Source: Lentisphaerales bacterium
GTDB taxonomy: Bacteria > Verrucomicrobiota > Kiritimatiellia > SPBP01
Direction of reading: 5' to 3'
DNA: 64,000 bases
Assembly: GCA_032123355.1 (NCBI GenBank)
Contig: JAQBFM010000215.1
Span: 9,325 to 73,324 of the forward strand
In this document: positions 29,697 through 39,982 of the stretch, one piece after another
Position numbering within the stretch: the stretch's first letter is position 1
How the letters are laid out: every line of letters begins with the position of its first letter
Notes under the pieces: model-generated
Database searches by the model: none
Told to the model about the DNA's origin: nothing
The model's input: only the letters and a program-made list of their open reading frames with translations
Position numbers and translations under genes: made by a program

Positions 29697-31985
29697 TCAG
29701 AAGTTATACCCGGCGGCAAAGGAGAACCGGTGTCGGCCTTCTTCATTCGTGGTATCATCCTCACTGACTTCGAGTGGCCAGGCGAGATCCAGGCGGAGCG
29801 GCATGTTCTGCGCCCGTATCGTCAGCCCTACGCCCGCATCACTCACGGCTCCTTCCTGGTCAAAGTCGAATGCGTCTGCAGTCACGTTCCCGATGTCGTA
29901 ATAGACTGAGACATCAAGCAGGGAAACGAGGGGCATTGGAAGCGTGTATTCAAGGGTCGCGAAATAGGCTGTGCGCCCACCGATTTCCTTGCCGTCCTCG
30001 TCGCGGGGTGAGACGGTCTGGGCGTCGAATCCCCTCAAGTCCCGGGATCCACCCAGAAAGAGTCGCATCGGCAACGGCACCTCTTCGGTGTCGCCGTAGG
30101 GCTCGATGCTCTCTGCGCCCATCCGCAGGTTCACGATATGGTCAAAGCCCGGGGACCAGAAGAATGACGAACGCAGCCTGGCGCTGTTGACCTCCGTACC
30201 GCCGCCAAGCATGTCGCTGCCCGCCAGGGCCTTGATCGAGAAATATATGCCATTCTGCGGTCGATATCGCCTGTCCATCACATTGAACGTGTACTGAGCT
30301 CCTACTGCGCCCAGTTCGATTGTTTCCTCTTCATACAGCGTTGATGCGTCGGGGTCGATGTCATAGACCGTCATCTGGTCCCATTGATAGAACAGGGACG
30401 CCCGCTGATAACGACCCAGGGAACGTCCTGTCCGCAACGTAGCACCGACCGATCTCTGCGAGTAATCATCCTGGTACTCAACGTCCCGATATTGCAGCTC
30501 AGTAGAAACATAGAACCTCGAGTCCCAGAACCTCGGATTGCGGAAACTCAGGTTGGCATCACGGTGTTCGGGTCCATATTCACCGCCCAGCGACACCCGG
30601 TATCCCGCGCCACGGAACGGGCGACGGAAACTGAGATTGGCTTCAGTCAGTTTGAAAGCCACCGCGGCCCCCTCCTCCGAACCTGCAGTTACCCCTGCCT
30701 CGACCTTGCCGGTATTCCTTTCTTCGACAGCAAAAGTGATGTCGCACTCATCCGGAGTCTCGGCAGATGCCACCTTGGCTCGTACTTCCTCGAACATGGG
30801 AAGTCTTTCCAACCTCGCCCTGCTTCGCATCGCGTCGGCCTCGTTGTAGAGTTCACCGCGCTTCACATCGATCTCGCGAAGGATTACCCCGTCATGCGTC
30901 GTGTCGTTGCCGGATATCGTAACGTTCCGCACACGTTCCCGGCGGCCCGGCTCAACTTCGAGCATGACATCCGCGAGCGCCGTTGCTTCGATGGGTTTCC
31001 ACTTCGCAATGACCTCCGCGTGGGGGTAACCTATCGACCTGTAGTGCGATTGCAGTTCACCCGCCGCTTTCGCCAGGGCCCTGGGCGTGAGCAGGTCCTT
31101 TGGCTGCAGAGAAATCCATTTCTTTGACCAGTCATCAGGGTAGCCCGGACTGCCCTCGAAGTGTATCGTTTCCACCCGGTACCAGAGCCCTTCTTCTATG
31201 TGCCACGCAATCCGCAGCGAAGACGACCCAATCTGCTCGATGTCCGGCAGCGCCACCTTGACCGCCATGTAGCCACGTCTACGGTAAGCACCCCTGATCG
31301 CCTCGTAGTCGTCCTTAAGCTGCTCCGTATAGAACGCATCGTTGCGGGCCCACCTCGCAAACGGGTTCCGGTTGGGTTTGACGGATACCATCCTTCTCAG
31401 TTCTTTGTCCGTGAACTCATTATTGCCGTCAAACGTCAGCTCGGTGACCACACCAGGCGACCCCTCCTCGATGTTCAATATGTAGTTTACCCACCCGGGA
31501 TCGGCGGTGGGCTCTACCCGCCATTTTATCTCGATGTCATAGTAGTAGCGCGCGCGATAGTAGTTCATCAGGGAGCCCGCGGCACGCGCGGCCATTTTCC
31601 GGCCCAGGCGTTTGCCTGGTCCGACCTGTGTAACCCTTTCAATCTCCTTGAGCGAAAAGATCGTAGACCCTTCGGTAATTACCTCGCTGACCAGCGGGCG
31701 GGCGGTGACTTCATAGTCGATGAAGACGGAGACATCTGACGCCCTGCTGACCACATTGGAAACATCCTCAAAATATCCGAGTGCCTTGAGCGTTTTCACA
31801 TCCGCCCTAAGCTTCCTTGGGTTGACCGGTGCCCCGGGCCTGGATGCCAGGACTTTTCGGGCTTTTCCCTCATCGAACTGGCCAATTCCGACGTTCTTGA
31901 ATCGAATGGCCTCGATGCGCAAATTGAAATAGTTCGTCTGCCCCACGGCGGTGGTAGAAAGGATGATCAGTGAGGCGACGATCAT
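29697..31985 (-). CDS. bamA: Outer membrane protein assembly factor BamA (POTRA repeats + Omp85 barrel)
   Basis: Signal peptide MIVASLIILSTTAVG. It has multiple POTRA-like ~75-aa units and a C-terminal 16-strand barrel ending ...SFAAGYNF. The ORF extends to 32111, but a start at 31985 gives a canonical signal peptide. Confidence 0.85.
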   Translation of the reverse strand: MIVASLIILSTTAVGQTNYFNLRIEAIRFKNVGIGQFDEGKARKVLASRPGAPVNPRKLRADVKTLKALGYFEDVSNVVSRASDVSVFIDYEVTARPLVSEVITEGSTIFSLKEIERVTQVGPGKRLGRKMAARAAGSLMNYYRARYYYDIEIKWRVEPTADPGWVNYILNIEEGSPGVVTELTFDGNNEFTDKELRRMVSVKPNRNPFARWARNDAFYTEQLKDDYEAIRGAYRRRGYMAVKVALPDIEQIGSSSLRIAWHIEEGLWYRVETIHFEGSPGYPDDWSKKWISLQPKDLLTPRALAKAAGELQSHYRSIGYPHAEVIAKWKPIEATALADVMLEVEPGRRERVRNVTISGNDTTHDGVILREIDVKRGELYNEADAMRSRARLERLPMFEEVRAKVASAETPDECDITFAVEERNTGKVEAGVTAGSEEGAAVAFKLTEANLSFRRPFRGAGYRVSLGGEYGPEHRDANLSFRNPRFWDSRFYVSTELQYRDVEYQDDYSQRSVGATLRTGRSLGRYQRASLFYQWDQMTVYDIDPDASTLYEEETIELGAVGAQYTFNVMDRRYRPQNGIYFSIKALAGSDMLGGGTEVNSARLRSSFFWSPGFDHIVNLRMGAESIEPYGDTEEVPLPMRLFLGGSRDLRGFDAQTVSPRDEDGKEIGGRTAYFATLEYTLPMPLVSLLDVSVYYDIGNVTADAFDFDQEGAVSDAGVGLTIRAQNMPLRLDLAWPLEVSEDDTTNEEGRHRFSFAAGYNF

Positions 31986-32163
31986 GGGCAGCGTGAGCGG
32001 AACGGCGTGAGCACCGCGCGGGCCGCGAGTCACGTGATGGTGCAATGGAAACATGGCAGGAGCATAGCAGAACCCCTGAATCTTGTACAATGGTGAGAGA
32101 GTGACTGGCAATGAAGAATCGGCGCCGGGGTTCAGGGTTCAGTGTCCGGTCCCTGTAGGTCCT

Positions 32164-32423
32164 CAATCGTCCTCGTCCTCGTCCTCAGTGAGCGTAGCGA
32201 ACGGTCCTCGTCCTCGATTTTTCACTGGTCACGTTTCCCGCCAGGAGCAGGTCCTGGTGGGTGAAGGCGCTGGGGAACGTTGCGACCGCGCCGGGCTCGG
32301 CATTGCCCGACGTAACCATGAACGAAGCGAAGGCGAAGTCGGGACGGCCCGCCGCACCCGAACTGCCGAGGACGAGGACCGTTCGTCACGCTTCGCGTTC
32401 CTCACTGAGGACGAGGACGATTC
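32164..32423. repeat. MITE-like element with ~55-bp terminal inverted repeats (TIRs; module M1)
   Basis: The left arm CAATCGTCCTCGTCCTCGTCCTCAGTGAGCGTAGCGAACGGTCCTCGTCCTCG is the reverse complement of the right arm CGAGGACGAGGACCGTTCGTCACGCTTCGCGTTCCTCACTGAGGACGAGGACGATTC. The ~150-bp core contains an M2-like segment. Confidence 0.7.
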
Positions 32424-32520
32424 ATGATGTTCCTGACACCAGAAACCTGAAGCCTCCTGGGCTATACGCACAAAAAAAACGCCGGTGGCTGTTGCCACCG
32501 GCGTCTTTTCTTACGTCTGT

Positions 32521-34902
32521 TTAGAACTCTGCGCCGGCCATGACGCGACCAAGCACCGTATCTGCCGTGGTGAACGAAACACCGGCGTTAACCGTCACGC
32601 GATTCTTCGCATGCTTCTCCAGTTTCAGGAGATGTGTTGCATTTACACCAACCGCAGTCTCACCTTCATAGTAGGCTGTGCCAACCATGACGGCGGTCTT
32701 GCCCGGGGCTGACGGCTCAAGCAAGGTATCGAGGGCCGCAGCTGCTGCAACGCCGCTGTAAGCCTTCTTGCCAATCTTGTCCATGTTTGCACCCAGGTCA
32801 TCAATCGCCTGCTCGTTCTCGGCGTTTTGCGCGTCGAGTGCGCTGATCATGTCTTCCTGCTGGTTGATCACCGTGGCATGCTGGTTGATCACCGAGGCCT
32901 GCTCATTGACGTATTCGACGGTCTTGTTGATGACGGTTGAATTGTTGTTGATGGCCGCGGCATGTGACACAACGGTCACCAGCCCGCCAATCTGATCCAT
33001 GTTGACCGCATCGGTGCCATTTACGCCCGGTGCCACGTTGACAAGCCGGCGTTCGCTGCCAGCCGCGCCAACACTCACCGTGTTGTCTTCGGTCGCTATA
33101 CTGCCGTTACCGAGCGCCACGCTGTTGTTACCTGTGACGAGCGCGTTATCGCCAAGGGCCGTGCTGGTGGCTCCCAGTGCCTGGGCATTAACGCCCACCG
33201 CGACAGAGGACAGGGCAACCGCACCCTCGCCGATTGCAATAGAACCGGCGGTTGCTGCATAGGAGAACCTGCCGATGGCTACCGAGCCCTGGCCTGAGGC
33301 GTCTGATTTTTCACCCATGGCAACTGCGTCCTTTGCCGAATATGAGCGACGCCCGATGGCAACACTGTTATGACCTTCGGCGTATGCCTCCCCACCGACT
33401 GCGACTGAGAAGCGACCTGCTGCTTCCGCGTCACTGCCGATAGCCGTGGCGTAATAGTGGTCTGCCAATGCGTGGGTACCAACCGCAAGACTCTCTTCGT
33501 CCAGAGCTTCAGCGCCCTCGCCGATGGCCGTGGCATGGTAGTCGTCGGCGAGCGCCCATGCGCCAACTGCTGTGGAGTAATCTCCCCTGGCATCGGACTT
33601 ACGGCCCAGAGCCGTCGACTCGTAGCCCTTGGCCTTCGCACCTTCGCCAAACGCTGCCGTGCCATCGTCTCTTGCTTCAGAGTTACGACCTACAGCTGTG
33701 CTGTTATTTCCTTCGGCGGAGGAGTCCGCACCAACGGCTGTTGCGAAGCGACCGTCAGCATATGAGTTGTTACCCAGAGCCGTCGCACCGTCACCACTGG
33801 CTTCGGAATCCTCACCAACCGCCGTGCTCTCATCCCCACTGGCAATGGAAGATTCACCCAATGCTGTGCTCTGCGATCCGCTGGCCACGGAATCCTCGCC
33901 CAGCGCCGTTGAACCGAATTCTCCGGAAGCCTCTGCGTTCCGACCGACCGCAGTCGCTGCACCAAACCAGCTAGCAGCATTCGCGCCCTGTCCGACCGCT
34001 GTGTTTCCACCAGCCAAGCTGCTCGCATTCGCATCCTGACCGAGGGCCGTTGCACCTTCGCCCAATGTAGACGCATTCGCGTTCTGGCCGAAAGCTGAAG
34101 AGTTTTCGCTGCGCGCCGACGCGTCCTGACCGACTGCGGTGGCGTTATCATTCCCGGGGAAGATCCAGAAACCAGCGGTTCCGGCTTCTGCGCCTTCACC
34201 GACAGCTACTGAACTATCTCCACTGGCCCGTGAGTCCTGGCCGAGTGCCGTGGTCTCTTCACCAGTTGCACGCGCATCTTCGCCGAGTGCTGTGGAAGCA
34301 TACCCTGTTGCACGCGAGTCCTGACCGACTGCCGTGGCGTCTTCCTCATCCGCACGAGCATCCTGACCGACTGCCGTGCTGTCTTCGCCCGTGGCTTCAG
34401 CATCCTGGCCGACAGCCGTTGTTCCGGTGGCGGTAGCTTCTGCCCGAGCGCCCAGTGCTGTGGAAGAGTCCGCAGTAGCCTGTGACTGGCCACCCAAGGC
34501 GGTGCTCATGGTTCCGTTTGCATCCGACTGAGTTCCTATCGCAGTACTGGCGTTTCCGTCCGCGAGAGACTGATTTCCAACCGCTGTCGCGTTATTGGCC
34601 GTTGCATTCGCCTGAGCTCCCAACGCCGTGGTGTAGTTTGCTGTGGCCTGTGACAGGCCGCCCAAAGCGGTGCTTTGGGTTCCGTTGGCATCCGATAGAA
34701 CTCCTATGGCGGTACTGGCGTTCCCGCTAGCGAGTGCCGCGTTACCACCAGCGACAGAATTTGCGCCGCTCGCTGTTGCGGTGCTGGGACCAGAATCTAC
34801 CAGCGCCTGCCCGTATGTGCACGGCACCATGGCCATGACTGCGAGGGCGACAACGCCCGAGATCATGTTGATTACTGCCCGACGATTATTTCTACCGATC
34901 AT
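32521..34902 (-). CDS. Trimeric autotransporter adhesin (TAA; YadA-like, type Vc secretion)
   Basis: It has dozens of 14-aa YadA-head-type repeats (NSTAVGxxAxAxGxxSTALG) and a neck-like motif RRLVNVAPGVNGTDAVNMDQ. A coiled-coil stalk and a C-terminal YadA anchor (KKAYSGVAAAAALDTLL...AVGVNA...VNAGVSF) complete it. The start is uncertain (34992, 34902 or 34866). Confidence 0.8.
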   Translation of the reverse strand: MIGRNNRRAVINMISGVVALAVMAMVPCTYGQALVDSGPSTATASGANSVAGGNAALASGNASTAIGVLSDANGTQSTALGGLSQATANYTTALGAQANATANNATAVGNQSLADGNASTAIGTQSDANGTMSTALGGQSQATADSSTALGARAEATATGTTAVGQDAEATGEDSTAVGQDARADEEDATAVGQDSRATGYASTALGEDARATGEETTALGQDSRASGDSSVAVGEGAEAGTAGFWIFPGNDNATAVGQDASARSENSSAFGQNANASTLGEGATALGQDANASSLAGGNTAVGQGANAASWFGAATAVGRNAEASGEFGSTALGEDSVASGSQSTALGESSIASGDESTAVGEDSEASGDGATALGNNSYADGRFATAVGADSSAEGNNSTAVGRNSEARDDGTAAFGEGAKAKGYESTALGRKSDARGDYSTAVGAWALADDYHATAIGEGAEALDEESLAVGTHALADHYYATAIGSDAEAAGRFSVAVGGEAYAEGHNSVAIGRRSYSAKDAVAMGEKSDASGQGSVAIGRFSYAATAGSIAIGEGAVALSSVAVGVNAQALGATSTALGDNALVTGNNSVALGNGSIATEDNTVSVGAAGSERRLVNVAPGVNGTDAVNMDQIGGLVTVVSHAAAINNNSTVINKTVEYVNEQASVINQHATVINQQEDMISALDAQNAENEQAIDDLGANMDKIGKKAYSGVAAAAALDTLLEPSAPGKTAVMVGTAYYEGETAVGVNATHLLKLEKHAKNRVTVNAGVSFTTADTVLGRVMAGAEF

Positions 34903-35436
34903 ACTGTATCTCCCTTTTTGCCCTTGTTGAAACACCGTCTCTAATTCGGTCCTTCTTTGAGCGCAACCCGCGCCCAATTTGCTGAAAAACACGTAGGGGT
35001 AACACTCTCACGGAGCAGTCTGGGGCTCAACAATAATTCTTTTTTTTTTCTGATCCTGCCGGTCCCGGACAGGCATCTGCGGCCGTCCTTTGTAATCAAC
35101 TGCAATTCAAAGAGTTAGAGCGCCCCGAGCTGAACACGGGCCCAGGGCATGACATGACCTCCGGGCACGTGCCCTGGTCGGGCCAGCAGAGCCCCCCTGT
35201 TTGCGCAGATTCACATACTGGACAGTTCACTGCTTTATGGGACAGCCCTCACGGCCGCACAATACTGAAGGGCGAAGGGGGCAGAACAAGAAGTTCATCG
35301 GAGGTTGATCGGAACGTGGTTGACTACACGTGAGGGGCAACGGTACGTTCTGTTGCGAGAAATGCACGCTGGCAAAGGCAGCGGGATCTGACTGACTGCC
35401 GGAGCTTGTATCTGATAAAGAACCATACTACGGGAG

Positions 35437-36735
35437 ATGAAAGTGATGAAAAGCGTATTCGGAAGATTCAGTTGCATGGTGCTGGCCACCGTGTTGGTTG
35501 CCCTGACCTGCGGTGCCGCAGAGGTGGTAAAAGTTTCCCCGCTCATCGCGGCATGCGAGCGCGGCAGCATGAAGCAACTGAAGAAACTGGTGGCGGAAGG
35601 TGTGGACGTCAATGTCTCAACGGATGCCAAAGGCCGGACTGCCCTGATGATCGTGGCCGACAAGGGAAACTCTTCTCTCGTCACTTACCTTCTTGCTAAC
35701 GGCGCAACCCTGGAAACTGTCGACGCCCGCGGCAACACTGCGCTCACACTCGCAAGCTCGAAGGGCCATAAAAGAGTGGTCACTTTGCTGCTCGACGCGA
35801 GGGCCAATCCCAATCTCGCCAGCGGCAAAAGTGCGACCCCACTCATGGCGGCAAGTATGGGCGGACACACTGCCGTCGTGAAAGAGCTTCTTGCTACGAG
35901 GGCGGAACCCGACGCTGCCAACGCATACGGCGGCACTGCGCTCATGGTTGCGAGCGAGAGCGGACACGGGGCAGTGGTGAAAGAGCTTCTCATCGCAAGG
36001 GCGGATCCGAATCTTGCCAACAAGGGAGGATGGACTTCACTGATACTGGCAAGCATGAAGGGCCACAGCAAAGTCGTGAAGCTTCTGCTCAAAGAGAGGG
36101 TGAACCCCGATGCCGCCGCAGAAAACGGCAGCACCGCGCTGATGGTCGCAAGCGAGAACGGCCACGCCGACACGGTCAAGCTGCTGCTCGCCGCGAAAGC
36201 TGATCCCAACCTGGTCAACAAGGGCGGTGCGACCGCGCTCACCGTCGCAAGCGTGAATGGCCACAGCAAAGTGATCAAGCTGCTGCTCGCCGCGAAAGCT
36301 GATCCGGATGTCGTCATGAACGGCGGGGTGACCTCACTGATATTCCTGAGCCAGCGCGGCAATACGGAAGCGGTCCAGGCACTCCTGAAAGTCGGGGTCA
36401 ATCCCAACATAACCGACAATCGCGGCATGACCGCGCTCATACCTGCAAGTCGGAACGGCCATACCTCGGTGGTGAAACTGCTGCTCGCCGCCCGGGCCGA
36501 CCCGAACATCGCCAACGTGGACGGGGTGACCGCACTAATGGCCGCAAGCGATAATGGCCGGACTGATGTGGTCAAGCTGATCCTCGCCGCCAGGGCTAAC
36601 CTGAATCCAGTCAGCAAGGCCGGGCTTAACGCGCTCGGCTATGCCAGGCTGAACGGACACGAGGGCGTCGTCAAAACGCTGCTTGCTTACGAAGCAAAGA
36701 AGCTGCGCGCGAGCCAGAAACGCGTGCGGAGGTAG
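35437..36735 (+). CDS. Secreted ankyrin-repeat protein (~12 ANK repeats)
   Basis: A signal peptide is followed by 12 tandem 33-aa repeats of the form G.TALM.AS..GH..VVK.LL.A.A.PN. Confidence 0.8.
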   Translation: MKVMKSVFGRFSCMVLATVLVALTCGAAEVVKVSPLIAACERGSMKQLKKLVAEGVDVNVSTDAKGRTALMIVADKGNSSLVTYLLANGATLETVDARGNTALTLASSKGHKRVVTLLLDARANPNLASGKSATPLMAASMGGHTAVVKELLATRAEPDAANAYGGTALMVASESGHGAVVKELLIARADPNLANKGGWTSLILASMKGHSKVVKLLLKERVNPDAAAENGSTALMVASENGHADTVKLLLAAKADPNLVNKGGATALTVASVNGHSKVIKLLLAAKADPDVVMNGGVTSLIFLSQRGNTEAVQALLKVGVNPNITDNRGMTALIPASRNGHTSVVKLLLAARADPNIANVDGVTALMAASDNGRTDVVKLILAARANLNPVSKAGLNALGYARLNGHEGVVKTLLAYEAKKLRASQKRVRR

Positions 36736-37325
36736 AAGAAGGTTTCAGGTGTCAGGTTTCAGGAAACTGCCAGTGTGTGGGAGTATGGGAGTGTCGGAGT
36801 GCCAGGGGTGTGACCAGAAATCCTAATCGTCCTCGCCTGCCCGACGAAGCCACGCAGGGCGAAGTCGGGTCCTCAGTGAGGAACGCGAAGCGTGACGAAC
36901 GGTCCTCGCGTGCCAGGCCGTAGTCCCCACCTCGAAGAGAGTCGGGGCGAAGTCGAATCCTCCAACCGAGAAGCCATAACATCGAATGAAGAACCGAGGA
37001 CGAGGACCGTTCGCTCCGCTCACTGAGGACGAGGACGATTGAGGCCTGCGGGAACGGGACGCGGAATCTGGAGCTTGGATGCTCCTTGTGTCACTCCAAT
37101 TCCCAATCCTGAACCCTGAACACTGAACTCTGGCAGTTCCACTGCCCCCCGAAACCTGACACCGACAAAGTTCGCGACAAGGCTCGCGACAAAGTCTCCA
37201 TTCATCCATCAACCTTCATTCCCCATTCGTGTCCATTCGTGTGATTCGTGGGCAGAAGTTCTTCTTCGCGTCCATCAGCCTTCAACCTTATTCCTGACAC
37301 CTGAACACTGGCCGCCTCTGGTGGC
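36736..37325. repeat. Composite palindromic mosaic element (modules M4rc-M3rc-M1rc/M2 ... M1 ... M4)
   Basis: GGTTTCAGGTGTCAGG and GGGAGTATGGGAGTGTCGGAGTG sit on the left. GAGGACGAGGACCGTTCG...CACTGAGGACGAGGACGATT and CTGAACCCTGAACACTGAACTCTG sit on the right. Confidence 0.65.
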
Positions 37326-38825
37326 CTACCGGTACAACTCGAACGGATTCTCGCCTTCGTACAGGACCGTCGACGGCAATGGAACGCCGATATCGTCAAT
37401 CCCCAGCATCTTCACCGCTTCGAACAGAAGCCTGCCCACTTTCTTGAAGCCGAACGCAGCATGATGCGGGAACTGCTTCCCGATAAGCACATGCCGATAG
37501 AACCGAGCGAAGCCGGGAATGGCAACCACCCCTATTCCGCCGAATGAACACGGATCAACATCAAGAATCGCACCGTCGGCAATGTAGCTGCGAAGCTGAC
37601 AGTCAGACGTCGATTGCAGTCTGAACATCGTTATGGGACCCGGCTTCAACTGGCCCTCGAGCGTGCCGCGCGTAATATCCGCTTCCTTCCCGTCTTCCAT
37701 CAGCCGGTTCATGATGACCTGGTATTTCATGCTGCAATTCTTCATGCAGTCCGAACATGTGTTGCCGCAATGGAAACCCATGAACAGGTCTTCAAGTGCC
37801 GCGCCCTTCAAGTCCGGCTGTTTCGGTAGAACATCGGACGGCACGGAGTTATTAATATCCAGCAATGTTGCGGGCACTGACGAGGCAAGCTGAACCATGT
37901 ACTCGCTGAGTGCGCCGTACATATCCACCTCGCATGCCGCCGGGATGCCGCGGCCGGCAAGTCGGCTGTTCACGTAACATGGAACGAAGCCGAACGCGCT
38001 TTCGAATGCGGGCCAGCACTTGTTGGCAAACACGCCATATTGACTCGCACCAAGATTCTCTTCCATGAAATCGACCATCGCGACTTCGAACTGCGCCAGT
38101 TTCGGCAGCAGGTCCGGATATGCGCAACCGTCACCGAGTTCCTTCTTCATCTCGTTCACAACCCGGCTTATCTCCGATTTCTTCTCGCCCGCTTTGCGGT
38201 AGAGCTGAACCATATCCAGCTCGGAATTCTCCATCACCTCAATGCCCAGGTCGTAGAACGGCCGGATCGGCGCATTGCAGGCAAGGAAATCATGGGGCCT
38301 CGGACCGAATGCAAAGATCTTCAGGTTAGCAATTCCCAGGATGACACGTGCGATACTCTCGAAGTCGGCAATCTTCGAAACAAGTTCCCCGGGCAGGCCG
38401 ACCGGCATCTGCGGTATGTAAGCCGGCATCGTGCGGAGTCCGAGATTGTATGAACAGTTGAGCATGCCACACAGGGCATCGCCACGTTCAGATGCCAGTA
38501 CAGCCTTGTTCTCCTCCGCCGCTGCACAGACCATTACCGGACCACCGAAACGCTGCGCGAATATGGTCGTCGGCCCTTCAGGTCCGAAGTTGCCCAGATA
38601 TATCACTGCCGCATTGCATCCCGCATCCATCAATTCCGCGCAGGCAAGAAGTGAATCTTTCTCGCTCTCGATGACAACGGAACACTTGTGGGCCGCGACC
38701 CCGGCCTTCTTGAGCTCGTCCATCAAAATGCCGAGCCGTTTCTTCGTCAGTGAAGCGGGGAAACAGTCCCGCGAAACGCCAACCACGCCCAGTGTCACTT
38801 TCGGAGTGTTAGTCAGTTCTGTCAT
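37326..38825 (-). CDS. L-fucose/L-arabinose isomerase family protein (FucI-like), likely the L-arabinose isomerase of this cluster
   Basis: The full length resembles the FucI/AraA-like isomerase family (N-terminal Rossmann-like domain plus C-terminal domain). ATG at 38825 with GGGAGA RBS. The ORF extends to 38900. Confidence 0.75.
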   Translation of the reverse strand: MTELTNTPKVTLGVVGVSRDCFPASLTKKRLGILMDELKKAGVAAHKCSVVIESEKDSLLACAELMDAGCNAAVIYLGNFGPEGPTTIFAQRFGGPVMVCAAAEENKAVLASERGDALCGMLNCSYNLGLRTMPAYIPQMPVGLPGELVSKIADFESIARVILGIANLKIFAFGPRPHDFLACNAPIRPFYDLGIEVMENSELDMVQLYRKAGEKKSEISRVVNEMKKELGDGCAYPDLLPKLAQFEVAMVDFMEENLGASQYGVFANKCWPAFESAFGFVPCYVNSRLAGRGIPAACEVDMYGALSEYMVQLASSVPATLLDINNSVPSDVLPKQPDLKGAALEDLFMGFHCGNTCSDCMKNCSMKYQVIMNRLMEDGKEADITRGTLEGQLKPGPITMFRLQSTSDCQLRSYIADGAILDVDPCSFGGIGVVAIPGFARFYRHVLIGKQFPHHAAFGFKKVGRLLFEAVKMLGIDDIGVPLPSTVLYEGENPFELYR

Positions 38826-38859
38826 TTTCGGTTCTCCCTTTTGTTCAGGTGTCAGGTTT

Positions 38860-39130
38860 CGGAAACCGGAGGTTCTCCGCTTATCCATATCCGTGTCCAT
38901 CCGCGGTTCAACAAATCATTTCTCTGTGTCTCTGCGCGAGAATCTCTGCTTGTGCCTCTTTGTGGCTATCAAGATCGGCGTTCATCGGCGTCTATCGGCG
39001 GTTGCATTTCGGTTCACTCCCCCCACACTCCGACACTCCCATACTTCCACACACAATCAGTTCCCTGACGAAGTCCCTGAGCTTGTCGAACGGGCGATCT
39101 CTGCTCCCCTGCGCCTCCGCGGGAGGCATC
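38860..39130. repeat. Mosaic intergenic repeat region (M4rc, M7-like, M6, M3)
   Basis: CACACTCCGACACTCCCATACTTCCACACACAATCAGTTCCCTGAC (M3) also occurs at 42195-42250 and, inverted, at 36768-36806. Confidence 0.65.
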
Positions 39131-39149
39131 TTCTCGCACTCACACACAA

Positions 39150-39839
39150 TTACTTCTGCCCGTAGTATGCGCCCGGTCCATGCTTACGCGAAAAATGTTT
39201 GTCGAGTATGTGCTGTGGAATCGGGCCAACCTTCGGATCGAGTTGCACGGTGGCAAATGCCATCTTCGCCACCTCTTCCAGAGCCACGGCGTTCTCGACC
39301 GCACCTGCGGGATCCCCACCCCACACGAACGGCCCATGATTTGCCGCGAGTACGCCGGGTGCATGTGAACGGTCCAACTTCGCAAAGCGCTCGACGATGA
39401 CCCGACCGGTATTGATTTCATAGCCCGCATCGACTTCTTCTTTCGTCAAAGACCTCGTAATCGGCACTTCGCCGTAAAACAGGTCAGCATGCGTCGTGCC
39501 CAGGCACGGAATCGGACGGCATGCCTGCGCAAAAGCAGTAGCGTACGTGCTGTGTGCATGCACAATCCCACCGATGTCAGGCCAGGTCCTGTACAGCAGC
39601 AGATGCGTTGGTGTGTCTGACGACGGCTTATAATCACCCGCAACAACATTTCCCTCGAGATCGACAGCCACCATCTTCTCGGGAGTGAGCGAATCATACG
39701 GGACGCCGCTGGGCTTGATGACGACCAGCCCGCTGTCCCGGTCTATTCCGGAGACATTTCCCCAGGTAAGAACTACGAGCTCATGGCAGACAAGAGCACG
39801 ATTGGCCTCACAGACCTGTTCTTTCAGTTGTTCGAGCAT
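39150..39839 (-). CDS. araD: L-ribulose-5-phosphate 4-epimerase (class II aldolase/adducin family)
   Basis: Motifs GNVSGIDRDSGLVVIKPSG and HAHS resemble AraD. Confidence 0.85.
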   Translation of the reverse strand: MLEQLKEQVCEANRALVCHELVVLTWGNVSGIDRDSGLVVIKPSGVPYDSLTPEKMVAVDLEGNVVAGDYKPSSDTPTHLLLYRTWPDIGGIVHAHSTYATAFAQACRPIPCLGTTHADLFYGEVPITRSLTKEEVDAGYEINTGRVIVERFAKLDRSHAPGVLAANHGPFVWGGDPAGAVENAVALEEVAKMAFATVQLDPKVGPIPQHILDKHFSRKHGPGAYYGQK

Positions 39840-39982
39840 CTTACTTTCCTTAATACCCGCTTACGGATGGCTTTCTTGACCGGATAACCCCGCCTTGCGA
39901 GACAGGCACAATATCATCATGTTTTTCAATATCCAACCCCGCAGAGCGGGGCAAGTATCCAATTTATCCCGCCATGGCGGGA

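Noticed and set aside
32083-32427. ORFs encoding SSSSSVSVANGPRPRFF-type peptides (also 36823-37212 and 42072-42281)
   Set aside because: They recur because they are translations of repeat module M1 (GAGGACGAGGACCGTTCG...). They are artefacts of the mosaic repeats, not genes.
33000-34900. Several 80-170-aa plus-strand ORFs (Ala/Pro/Arg-rich)
   Set aside because: They are antisense to the TAA adhesin gene. They result from repeats of the GCN/NGC codon bias.
35685-36617. 310-aa minus-strand ORF
   Set aside because: It is antisense to the 12-repeat ankyrin gene. The periodic Ala/Ser/Leu-rich sequence mirrors the sense repeats.
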